Below, in pieces: positions 33,116 through 41,803 of a DNA stretch of 64,000 bases. This DNA comes from a virus, in the IMG/VR virus record IMGVR_UViG_3300045988_081377, positions 403 through 64,402 of that record; one strand, written 5' to 3'. The position numbers were made by a program, and so were the translations under genes. The number at the start of each line of letters is the position of its first letter. The first letter of the stretch is position 1. The notes under the pieces are model-generated. The model saw only the letters and a list, made by a program, of their open reading frames with translations, was not told the origin of the DNA and ran no database searches.

Positions 33116-33779
33116 CACCGGTGTTTTCCTTAGTTAGACCGGTCTATCAACTCAAACATAAACGGCGTTATAGAGAGTTGCGTTTATTCTCTATGATGAC
33201 TTCGGAGTTTTACAAGTTGTTCAAGTTCACTTAGTTGTAGGTGGCTCAGTCGTTAAACATCAATAAGCACCTGTCCAACAAAAAGACTGTTCGTTTTCTT
33301 TGTTTCTATTAACAATATATTCCCAGAGATGGGGCGGTCCCTGCTGTAAAGGCGCGCAGGACAGGGCAACCGGTAATTATGACAGTCGTACCCTTGAGAT
33401 ACTAAACGTACTCTTGGCTATACCTTGAAGGTAATTCTACCTTTCTTGAAAAACCAGTGTTTGTGCCGGAAGGGCTGGGTTTAAAAGAAAGTGGAAGCTG
33501 GGTGGAGTGTTTTGGGGGGTTTGGGGGGTCTATTCTTTCCGACCGGCACTTGGAACTGAATACTCTTTATCTCTTTTAGTTACTTAACTGTTTAAAGAAC
33601 ACTTAGTAGTACTCTTTAAATACAGTTGTTGTTAATAGAAAGAATAGAGAGAAAGAAAAGCCATGCAGAATAACCACGGTTATCTACCCTCTTTTCTTTA
33701 AGCTTACACCCTTAACAGTATATTTATCTTTAACTTTATCTTTTTAGAGACAGTTTATTAATACTTTATAGTTATTTAC

Positions 33780-33808
33780 TTGACAGAACATTTTTTATGT
33801 GATATAAT
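33780..33808 (+). promoter_or_regulatory. Perfect-consensus sigma70-type promoter with extended -10 (TTGACA-17-TGaTATAAT)
   Basis: TTGACA at 33780-33785 and TATAAT at 33803-33808, preceded by 'TGa'. AT-rich UP-like sequence lies upstream. Confidence 0.75.
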
Positions 33809-33836
33809 ACAGTCAAGACAGAAAGGAGTGTATATC

Positions 33837-34001
33837 TTGGATATTTATGTACCCGGATTTAATCCCGAAGTAGAAAAAGAAGCTGTTGAAGCTATGACCC
33901 CGTTATTTGCAGAGGCAGATAAGGAAGAAGTTACAGAAGAATTAGAAGAGAATGTGGAAGTAGAAAGCAAACCTAAACGTAAAACAAAGACAAAAGAATA
34001 A
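33837..34001 (+). CDS. Small, very acidic protein with a basic C-terminal tail (54 aa, TTG start)
   Basis: RBS 'AAAGGAG' lies 8 nt before TTG at 33837. Sequence: 'LDIYVPGFNPEVEKEAVEAMTPLFAEADKEEVTEELEENVEVESKPKRKTKTKE'. The 5' part of track ORF 33780.. is the promoter itself. Confidence 0.5.
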   Translation: MDIYVPGFNPEVEKEAVEAMTPLFAEADKEEVTEELEENVEVESKPKRKTKTKE

Positions 34002-34109
34002 TCTTTCCTGATTAATCATACAATAAGCACAGTATAGCTGGGCATCTGCTGTGTTACCCGTCTCGAACCTGCAACAGAGACACCGCCCACCATGGGCTGT
34101 AAGCCTAAA

Positions 34110-34199
34110 GAAAAGCCATGTCCATAGCCATGCGGATACACCCGCGTTCCTGTGATGCTTGCATCAGTTGTTGGGAACAGGTTTCCTGCATGGCTTTTC
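34110..34199 (+). terminator. Large structured element / candidate terminator-attenuator
   Basis: 11-bp closing stem 'gaaaagccatg' (34110-34120) / 'catggcttttc' (34189-34199). Inner hairpin 'tgatgc..gcatca' at 34153-34166. A duplicated 'gccatg' offers alternative pairing. T-rich sequence follows the stem. Confidence 0.35.
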
Positions 34200-34229
34200 T
34201 ATTGCTTATTTTACGTGTTTTAAGGTATG

Positions 34230-34314
34230 TTCAGTATATAATAATAACGTCAAGGACGTTAAGATTATACACTTCAAGAGATTTTCAATCTCTTTCAGTA
34301 TATAATAGGAGAAG
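34230..34314 (+). promoter_or_regulatory. Twin-TATATAAT element X immediately upstream of the late (grx-terL) operon; contains box copies 3 and 4
   Basis: Box 34235-34242. Hairpin 'taacgtc aag gacgtta' at 34245-34261. Core 'agattatacact' at 34262-34273. Hairpin 'aagagatt ttc aatctctt' at 34276-34294. Box 'ttcagtatataataggagaag' at 34294-34314. Confidence 0.55.
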
Positions 34315-34353
34315 TTTTATTCTGATTTGTTGTCTTTATAAAGGGGTGGGGTA

Positions 34354-34581
34354 ATGGCTCTTATGATTTCAGGTCCTGTATGCGGGTATTGCCGCCGTAT
34401 AAGACCTTTATATGATAAGGTTTGTGCTGATTTGGGTATAGAACCTCGTCATATTATGTATTCTGATTATGATGGTGAGGTGGAAAGTGTCCCTTGCCTG
34501 ATTAATAAAGAAGGAAAGAAGATGTACGGGGGTAATCATAACTACGATGAGCTTAAACAGTTCTTTATCGGAGATAAATAA
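34354..34581 (+). CDS. Glutaredoxin/NrdH-like small redox protein
   Basis: 75 aa with 'CGYC' (CxxC) near the N-terminus, plus 'VPCL' and 'GG..' in thioredoxin-fold order. RBS 'AAAGGGGTGGGG'. Confidence 0.55.
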   Translation: MALMISGPVCGYCRRIRPLYDKVCADLGIEPRHIMYSDYDGEVESVPCLINKEGKKMYGGNHNYDELKQFFIGDK

Positions 34582-36010
34582 GGCTTACGGGGCGGCTAAA
34601 AGCAACCTTGTGAACTTTAGAAGGCTGTTTCTTCCCCTTGATGGTGATGTAAAGTCCCCTTGGTACCACTATGAGTGGTCTGATATACTGCTTAATGGTA
34701 CTACTAACTATGCCGTAGAGGGTTTTAGACAGTCGGCTAAGTCTTCTATCGTCCTTCGTGCCTTTCCTTTGTACTGTTTGACCTTTCCGGAGAGGAAAAG
34801 ACAGTATATTGTGTTCATTATGTCCAACCAGACCCGTGCTTCTGCCCGTTTAAAGGAGATTGCCGACGAATATATCACCAATCCCCTGCTTAATCTTAAC
34901 TTAAAACAGGTAAAAGAGCAGTCACAGAAGGCTTTTGAGGTTGATTTGTACACCGGCGTCACCAATGAGGACGGTGAACGTGAATATATCACCGTAAGAA
35001 TGGAAGCTTATGGTAAAGGAAGTGCTGTCCGTGGTCTTAACTGGCATGATTTGCGCCCCTCTATCGTTCTGATTGACGACCCACAGGACTTGGAAGACTC
35101 TTTGTCTGATACTATACAGTCTAAAGACTGGGATTGGTTCTTGTCTGATGTGTATAACTTAGGTAAAGACTCCCGTATCTTTATGATTGGGAATAACTTG
35201 GGTGCTAAATGTATCATAGAACAGGTGGCATCACAGCCTGAAAGCCTTAACTTTACGTTTATGCGTATACCTATCCTGAATGATGAGGGAGAAAGTAACT
35301 GGGCAGAGGCTTTCCCCGTGGAAGATATCCACGCGGAGCGTGATAAGTTCTCTGCCTTGGGTAAGCTTGACATATGGGAAAGAGAAAAGATGTGCATAGC
35401 TATCTCCCCTGAACTTGCTATATTTAAGAAAAGGTATTTCCGTTATTTTGATTTATCTAAATTCAATAGGGAAGACTGCACTGTCTTCATTACGATGGAC
35501 TTGGCGGTATCACAAAGGGAAAGTGCTGATGATACTGTGGTACTTGTCAATGCAGTAAACCCGCAGAACCAGTGGTTTATTATTGATTGTGTTGCTGAAC
35601 GTATGGACCCGTCAGCAGCTATTGATATCCTGTTTGATTTTGTAAGTAAATACCACCCTGTCAAGGTGGGTATAGAAAAAGTAGCCTTTCAGGCGGCTAT
35701 GCGTCACTTCGTGGAAAAAGAAATGCCCAACAGAAAGATTTACTTTGTGATTGAAGACCTGCTCGCTAAAGAAAAGAAGGAGCTTAGAATACAGACAGCA
35801 TTGCAGCCAAGGTTCGCACAGGGTACTATATGGCTTCCCGTGGGAGCTAAGTGGGTTAATAAGCTTGAGGAGCAGCTGCTTACGTTCCCGAAAGGTAAGC
35901 ATGATGATATGATAGACGCACTGGCTTATCAAGACCAGATAGCAGTAGCCCCTGTATCTTCTTGGGATGATGTAGCTGACGATGACATAGGGCTTGCGGG
36001 CGGGTTATAA
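34547..36010 (+). CDS. terL: Terminase large subunit
   Basis: 'VLIDDPQD' (Walker B-like). Nuclease-domain motifs 'FITMDLAVS..DDTVV' and 'KGKHDDMIDALAYQ'. The portal gene follows directly. Confidence 0.8.
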   Translation: MSLNSSLSEINKAYGAAKSNLVNFRRLFLPLDGDVKSPWYHYEWSDILLNGTTNYAVEGFRQSAKSSIVLRAFPLYCLTFPERKRQYIVFIMSNQTRASARLKEIADEYITNPLLNLNLKQVKEQSQKAFEVDLYTGVTNEDGEREYITVRMEAYGKGSAVRGLNWHDLRPSIVLIDDPQDLEDSLSDTIQSKDWDWFLSDVYNLGKDSRIFMIGNNLGAKCIIEQVASQPESLNFTFMRIPILNDEGESNWAEAFPVEDIHAERDKFSALGKLDIWEREKMCIAISPELAIFKKRYFRYFDLSKFNREDCTVFITMDLAVSQRESADDTVVLVNAVNPQNQWFIIDCVAERMDPSAAIDILFDFVSKYHPVKVGIEKVAFQAAMRHFVEKEMPNRKIYFVIEDLLAKEKKELRIQTALQPRFAQGTIWLPVGAKWVNKLEEQLLTFPKGKHDDMIDALAYQDQIAVAPVSSWDDVADDDIGLAGGL

Positions 36011-36023
36011 TAAAGGAGTATTA

Positions 36024-38183
36024 ATGGAAACTAAGGATACAATGGACTTAGACACTCTTAATAGAAGTATCTTAGGGACAATATCAGCTGATATTAAAGA
36101 GTGTGAAGACTATCAAAGGGCGGTAATACTCCCTACGATGAAAGAAAGGTATCAGATATACTACGCTGATAAAGAGTATTATAAGGCTATGTTTCCTAAG
36201 CTTAGCCGGACATCTTCCGTAGTGTCTACTGACGTAACTGATACGATAGAATGGGCACTGCCGTCACTGATGAAAGTGTTTACTTCCGGTGATGATGTTG
36301 TGTCCATTACAGGGCATGATGCGTTGGACTCTCATAAGGCTGATGCCATGCAGGACCTGATTAACTTCCAGTTGCAGAGAGAAAACCATTTCTTCCCTAT
36401 CCTATATAACTGGATGAAGGATGCCTTAATCACAGGTATTGGGCTTACTAAATGCTACTGGGATAGAAAAGAAGCGGTAAAACCTGTAACGTGTGTACTT
36501 AACTGGACGTCATTACAGGAACTTAGGAAGACGGGGGTGGAGATAACAAACATCTCACAGCCTGACCAGTTCGGAGATTATACGGTAACGTATAACTCTA
36601 CCTATTATTTAAAGAACGCGCCTAAGATAGAGAACATTCTTTGTACTGATGTGCTTTATTCTCCTGATGCTAAGTCATTGGACGACGCAAACTTTGTAGC
36701 GCATAAGAAACTTGTTACCTTGTCCTACCTAAGGGAGATGGAACAACAAGGTATCTACGCTAACGTAGACCAGATTAAGGGAGACCACGTACACGGTAAG
36801 TATGGTAAAGATGACATAGACACGGAAATGGATAGTGTTATTGGTGATAAGTATTATAACTTCCCTTCGTTCTCTCCTGATGAGGCACGAGACGAGGTTA
36901 CTATCTACGAGTGCTATGTCAAGATAGACATTAACGGTGACGGTATTCTTGAGGATATGATTATCACCGTATGTCAAGATACTATCCTTAGGTGTGAACC
37001 TAACTATATGGGAAGGCATCCGTTCTTTGCTATCGCCCCCACACAGGACCCTCACCGTATCTGGTCTAAGCGTTCCTATGCTGAACTGATTGGCGAGATA
37101 CAGCATCTTAAGGTAGCATTGACGAGGCAAATTATTCATAATCTTGCCCTCTCTAACGACCCTAAGGTTATCATGTCACCGGAAGCTATCAATATCGAGG
37201 ACTTCAACAAGGGACGTTCTGTGATTAGGAAGAAACCCGGATACACTATGAGTGACGCCGTGCTCCCTATGCCTGTTACGCAGATAGCTCCGTATACATT
37301 TAACTTCCTTGAATACCTCGAAGGACAAAAGGAACAGAGGACCGGTATTACCCGATACAATCAGGGTCTTGACGCTTCCAGCTTGAACCGCACGGCTACT
37401 GGTATTAGTGCTATCTTGAACCAGAGTAACCAGAGGCTTGAGCTTATTGCTCGCATGTTTGCAGAGACCGGTATATATGAACTATATCGCTTCCTGATTT
37501 CTCTTAATCAGAAGTTTATCGACCAGACTACGGTTGTCCGCCTGTCGGGCGAACCTCTTGAGATTAATCCGGAAGACCTTGATGGTAAGTTTGACTTGGT
37601 TGTTAATTCTGGCTTGTCTATCCAGTCTAAGGCGGCGGTTGGTACGCAGTTGCAGTCTCTACTTACTGCTATTATGCAGACTAATTCTGCCGGCGTTCAG
37701 GTGGCTACACCGCATAATATATACAATATATTTAAGAAGTGGCTTGAGACGCAGGGGATTAAGAATGTTGGTGATTACATCTCTGACCCTGTGATTGCAC
37801 AGCAGCGGACGATGCTTGAAATGCAGGTCATTCAGACTACGCTCCAGACGTTACCGCCTGACGTGGTACAGTATTACTTCACGTATGGGTCACTTCCGAT
37901 ACAGGTACTGTATAGCTTGCCGCCTTATGTGCAGGTAGTGTTCCTTGGACACCAGCTTCCACAGAGCGGACAGGCTCCGCAGGAACCTATGGGAGCTATG
38001 CCGCAGGCAGAGTCTCCGCAGTTCAGCGGTACGGGTGGTGCTGTGACGGGAGTAGTTAGACCGATAGTCAAACAAGGTAGTGACGTTTTGTCACCAACTA
38101 ATCAAATAGGACAACAGGCGCCTGATAACAGGCTGCCGGCAGGGATGCCTACTGAACCTCAGCAGGGTATTGGTGGATTTTAA
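36024..38183 (+). CDS. Portal protein
   Basis: ~720 aa, immediately after TerL. ATG at 36024 after 'AAAGGAG'. Gln/Pro-rich C-terminal tail. Confidence 0.7.
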   Translation: METKDTMDLDTLNRSILGTISADIKECEDYQRAVILPTMKERYQIYYADKEYYKAMFPKLSRTSSVVSTDVTDTIEWALPSLMKVFTSGDDVVSITGHDALDSHKADAMQDLINFQLQRENHFFPILYNWMKDALITGIGLTKCYWDRKEAVKPVTCVLNWTSLQELRKTGVEITNISQPDQFGDYTVTYNSTYYLKNAPKIENILCTDVLYSPDAKSLDDANFVAHKKLVTLSYLREMEQQGIYANVDQIKGDHVHGKYGKDDIDTEMDSVIGDKYYNFPSFSPDEARDEVTIYECYVKIDINGDGILEDMIITVCQDTILRCEPNYMGRHPFFAIAPTQDPHRIWSKRSYAELIGEIQHLKVALTRQIIHNLALSNDPKVIMSPEAINIEDFNKGRSVIRKKPGYTMSDAVLPMPVTQIAPYTFNFLEYLEGQKEQRTGITRYNQGLDASSLNRTATGISAILNQSNQRLELIARMFAETGIYELYRFLISLNQKFIDQTTVVRLSGEPLEINPEDLDGKFDLVVNSGLSIQSKAAVGTQLQSLLTAIMQTNSAGVQVATPHNIYNIFKKWLETQGIKNVGDYISDPVIAQQRTMLEMQVIQTTLQTLPPDVVQYYFTYGSLPIQVLYSLPPYVQVVFLGHQLPQSGQAPQEPMGAMPQAESPQFSGTGGAVTGVVRPIVKQGSDVLSPTNQIGQQAPDNRLPAGMPTEPQQGIGGF

Positions 38184-38194
38184 AAGGAGAGGTT

Positions 38195-38971
38195 ATGCCA
38201 AATATACGTTTTGTAAATAGGATATCAGATGCTGATGTGAACCCAAGAGACGTAGAGGACACTATCACGCCGCACTTTACTCAGCTAAAGGATAGTGAAG
38301 AGTGGAAGAATTACCACCCTGATTTATATGGTCCGCTTAGGTGGGTTGACAGGGGTAATCCTGTTGAGGTACATCCGGAAGTATTGCCATCTAATGTGGG
38401 CGGGGATGTGATGATTAATAGTCCCTATGGTCAGGCTATGGCTGATGGAGCAACCATAAATGATATCAGGGACATTGATAGAGCTATGGATAAAGCTTAT
38501 CCTGCTGAAAATCCTAAAGAGCTTTCTCTTAAGGATAGGATTAAAGCAATCCTTAGCGACCCTAATAATAAGTTTATTCAGTCAGCTAATAGGGGTGATG
38601 AGCTTAATAAGTCTACGGAGATTAAAGCTAACTCAATTAATCCGGAAGTGGTAAAAAGATATCTCGCCTCTAAACAGCGGGATAATGACATCAAGGCTTA
38701 TAATGAATGGGCTGCAAGCCAGCAACCATCGGCTTCGGCGGACGTTACGTACACTCCGTCAGTATATAATAGAGAGGATTATTCCCCGTATATTGAAGCA
38801 CCTGCTTATGAACAGCAGCCAATTAACTTGCCGGAATATGTAAATAGTGAACAGCCGCAGCAGGCAGCGGAAGCGCCTGACCTTGGTTATTCACTGCCGG
38901 ACTATGGTAACTCTAACCCATTATCTGTGTCTGATATCTTACATTACGCAAGGGCTATGAACAGAGGCTGA
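38195..38971 (+). CDS. Hypothetical head-module protein
   Basis: 258-aa ORF between portal and scaffold. No protease motif recognised. Confidence 0.5.
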   Translation: MPNIRFVNRISDADVNPRDVEDTITPHFTQLKDSEEWKNYHPDLYGPLRWVDRGNPVEVHPEVLPSNVGGDVMINSPYGQAMADGATINDIRDIDRAMDKAYPAENPKELSLKDRIKAILSDPNNKFIQSANRGDELNKSTEIKANSINPEVVKRYLASKQRDNDIKAYNEWAASQQPSASADVTYTPSVYNREDYSPYIEAPAYEQQPINLPEYVNSEQPQQAAEAPDLGYSLPDYGNSNPLSVSDILHYARAMNRG

Positions 38972-38976
38972 TGCTT

Positions 38977-38996
38977 TTCAGTATATATATAGAGGG
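38977..38996 (+). promoter_or_regulatory. Copy 5 of the 'TTCAGTATATA(T)ATAGAGGG' box, upstream of scaffold + major capsid genes
   Basis: 'ttcagtatatatatagaggg' starts 6 nt after the preceding stop and lies ~50 nt before ATG 39046. Confidence 0.55.
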
Positions 38997-39045
38997 ACCT
39001 ATTTTATTGCAACAACCCGCAAGGGATTGCGAAAGGAGATAACAC

Positions 39046-40131
39046 ATGGAAGATATTGTACAGGGCAACGACCCACAGGTAGCACAGGAACCGCAGGTAC
39101 AGGAACCGGCACAACCCGCAGTGGATGCTGGTGGGGACCAGACGGCTAACCAAGACGGTAATCTTTGGGACTTTGCTTTAGACGCCGACGGTAATCCCGT
39201 CTTTTCCGAAAGTTTCTTATCGGATAGTGACGACGGAGCGCAGTCGGAGCCTACGCCAGAAGGTGACGAGTCACCTAAAGAAGGGGAAGACCCTAAAGAC
39301 CAGCAGACTGAACCTGAACCCCTTGACATGAACCGTATGGTGACGGTCAAGGTTGATGGACAGGATGTACAGGTCCCACTGCAAGAAGCTCTTAACGGTT
39401 ACATGAGGCAGGCAGCATTTACCAAAAAGACACAGGAACTCGCACAGCAGCGCCAGCAGTTACAGGCGATGCAGGTGAATACTCCACAGCCGCAGGTACA
39501 GCAGCCTATCCAGCCGAAACCGGAAGACGTTGCAGCACAGCAGAAGCGGTACATCGAACAGATGGACGCCTATGCTAAGGAGCGTGTTAAAGCGCTCTAC
39601 GGAGCTGACTTTGACGAGTACAACCCACAGCATATGGCAGCATATGTAAATGAAGTTGGCAATGTTAAGGCAGCTATGATACAGAGGGTGAATGAAGAAA
39701 GGGCTGCACAGGAAGCGGAAAACGCTCGGCAGCAGCGCATGAGCGCATTGACAGCCAAGTATCAGCAGGACCCGAATTTTGATGCCATTAATTCTCTCGC
39801 ACAGAAAAACCTTGAGAACCTGCCATACAAAATGTATAAGCAGGTTACTGACGCTATGACAACTGGCAACGTAGAAGTGATTGATAATTACATGAGCGCA
39901 GTGCGCGATATGTTCTACGGCAACACTCCCAAACCGACTGTGACACAGCCGCAGTCAGCCCCACAGCAGGCAGCCGCACAGCAGTCTGTACAGCCACCGT
40001 TTGTTGAACAGACAAACAATAGGGCACAACAGCCTGTGGTGCAGACACCTGATTGGTCTAAGCTTGGGAGAATGACCAATGACCAGCAGGCGGCAATGAT
40101 TTCTAAATATGCGAAAGACTTTGGCGTGTAA
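39046..40131 (+). CDS. Scaffolding protein (Gln-rich, coiled-coil)
   Basis: Position between portal and MCP. Acidic N-terminus and long Q/A-rich helical regions. Confidence 0.6.
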   Translation: MEDIVQGNDPQVAQEPQVQEPAQPAVDAGGDQTANQDGNLWDFALDADGNPVFSESFLSDSDDGAQSEPTPEGDESPKEGEDPKDQQTEPEPLDMNRMVTVKVDGQDVQVPLQEALNGYMRQAAFTKKTQELAQQRQQLQAMQVNTPQPQVQQPIQPKPEDVAAQQKRYIEQMDAYAKERVKALYGADFDEYNPQHMAAYVNEVGNVKAAMIQRVNEERAAQEAENARQQRMSALTAKYQQDPNFDAINSLAQKNLENLPYKMYKQVTDAMTTGNVEVIDNYMSAVRDMFYGNTPKPTVTQPQSAPQQAAAQQSVQPPFVEQTNNRAQQPVVQTPDWSKLGRMTNDQQAAMISKYAKDFGV

Positions 40132-40158
40132 TTTATACCAATTGAAAGGAAGAATTAA

Positions 40159-41382
40159 ATGCCAGCACCGCATAATAGTGCAACAGCTACTCGTTCTTAT
40201 AACGTAGTAGGCACCATAAAAGATGTATCGGACTTTATCACGAACCTTGACCCCGATAAAACTAAACTTACCAGCATGTTTGGTAAGACCACAATCACGG
40301 GAACCAAACACGAATGGCTCTCCGACTCCCAGCGTCCGGCAATGGATAACGCACAGGAAGAAGTTTTTGAATTTGATACGATGAAAGCCGCTCCGCGTAG
40401 ATGGCTCTACAACTACGTACAGCAGTTCGTAACTGGTTACAACGTATCTGATATCACGCAGGCTATTAAGAAATACGGCGTACGTGATGAGAAGGCTTAC
40501 CAGTTCCTGAAAGCCGGTAAGGAAATTGCTTCCGACCTTGAACTTGCTATCATCAAAAACAAAGTGGCTACGCCGCTTGCAGAAGGTGTCAAAGGTAAGT
40601 TCGGCGGTATTCCGTATTTCCTTGACGCTGACATTGCAGTATCCGCTATTGCGGCTAATGCTTTAACAATTGCTAACCATGGCTTTGTTACCGGTGATGC
40701 AGTGCTTGTACGTGGTGGCACAGGTACAGAGGAAAACAAACAGTATTTCGTAGCTGTTAAAGATGCGAATACTTTCTTCCTCTATGAAACGCCTGAGGCT
40801 GCCATGAACTCCATGGATGACCTGAACACCAATGCTCCGAAGTCCACCGGCACAGGGGCGGTAGTAGTATCTGGTACAGGTGTAAAGGTTTCTTTCCAGA
40901 ACTGTATTGATGCAGCTAAACTGAAAAAGGGTGCCGGAGTTCTGACGTTCGACCTTCTGAACGACGCACTCCAGATGGCGTGGACTCGCGGTGGCAATCC
41001 CGGTGTCGCTATCATGTCCGCTAAAAACAAACGTGGTTGCGCAGGATTTACTCAGGGTGCCGTTCGTACAATGGCTTCTTCTGAACATAGCGTATCTGAT
41101 TATCTGGACGTTATTGAAACCGACTTCGGTTCTCTCCGTCTGGAAGCTCATCGTATGTACTCCGATGATGTCATTGATATTCTTGAACTCCAGTATTGGA
41201 AACTGGGATATCTCATTCCGTTCCACACCGAAAACCCGCCGAGAACGGGTACTTATGAACAGCGAGTTATTACCGGCGTAGCTTCTCTTGAATGTACAGC
41301 TCCGTCTGCCAATGCTCGCATTAAGGGATTGAACGGTAAGGTAGCACCGAAACCGGTAGTTATAGAACAGGTAACTCCGTAA
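40159..41382 (+). CDS. Major capsid protein (HK97-fold, SU10/DUF5309-like)
   Basis: N-terminus 'VGTIKDVSDFITNLDPDKTKLTSMFGKTTITGTKHEWLSDSQRP' matches the family pattern '..D.I.n..P..TP..s..gk.....t.heW..D.L'. A strong terminator follows. Confidence 0.75.
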   Translation: MPAPHNSATATRSYNVVGTIKDVSDFITNLDPDKTKLTSMFGKTTITGTKHEWLSDSQRPAMDNAQEEVFEFDTMKAAPRRWLYNYVQQFVTGYNVSDITQAIKKYGVRDEKAYQFLKAGKEIASDLELAIIKNKVATPLAEGVKGKFGGIPYFLDADIAVSAIAANALTIANHGFVTGDAVLVRGGTGTEENKQYFVAVKDANTFFLYETPEAAMNSMDDLNTNAPKSTGTGAVVVSGTGVKVSFQNCIDAAKLKKGAGVLTFDLLNDALQMAWTRGGNPGVAIMSAKNKRGCAGFTQGAVRTMASSEHSVSDYLDVIETDFGSLRLEAHRMYSDDVIDILELQYWKLGYLIPFHTENPPRTGTYEQRVITGVASLECTAPSANARIKGLNGKVAPKPVVIEQVTP

Positions 41383-41437
41383 GGTCTGTATCCACAGATG
41401 AGAGTGCCGTTATCTCTACGGGGACCGGTACGCAAGA

Positions 41438-41470
41438 GGGACAGCCTACGGGCTGTCCTTTTTGTTTTTA
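41438..41470 (+). terminator. Rho-independent terminator after the major capsid gene
   Basis: 'ggacagcc tacg ggctgtcc' followed by 'tttttgttttt'. Confidence 0.8.
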
Positions 41471-41482
41471 TTAAGGAGAATT

Positions 41483-41791
41483 ATGTCTAACATTATTAAG
41501 CAAGACGTTCAAATAGATAATAAAGGAAACTGGCTCTTACATAACGTATGGAACGCCGGACCTCTTATGGAACACGCTAAAGCTATGCGAGAGCTTGACC
41601 CCTACATCGGTAAGCATAAGGGTGGGCGTAGGCTTGGATGTATCCCTATGGAATGTTGGAATGACCCTACGCAGATTAAACTTCGCTTAGCCAAAGAGGC
41701 GGAAGAGAATGGGGATAGGCAGAGTGCGATGAAGTATATGAAGGATTGGCTTAGGGATAATCCGGAGTATATGTATGTTGATGTACTATAA
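41483..41791 (+). CDS. Hypothetical head/neck protein
   Basis: ATG at 41483 after 'TAAGGAGAA'. 102 aa. Confidence 0.5.
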   Translation: MSNIIKQDVQIDNKGNWLLHNVWNAGPLMEHAKAMRELDPYIGKHKGGRRLGCIPMECWNDPTQIKLRLAKEAEENGDRQSAMKYMKDWLRDNPEYMYVDVL

Positions 41792-41803
41792 GGTGGTGAA
41801 GAT

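Noticed and set aside
34118-34354. Track ORF 34118..34354 (+)
   Set aside because: It runs through the 11-bp-stem structure and the twin-box element X. It is Cys/Arg/Leu-rich and has no RBS, so it is judged spurious.
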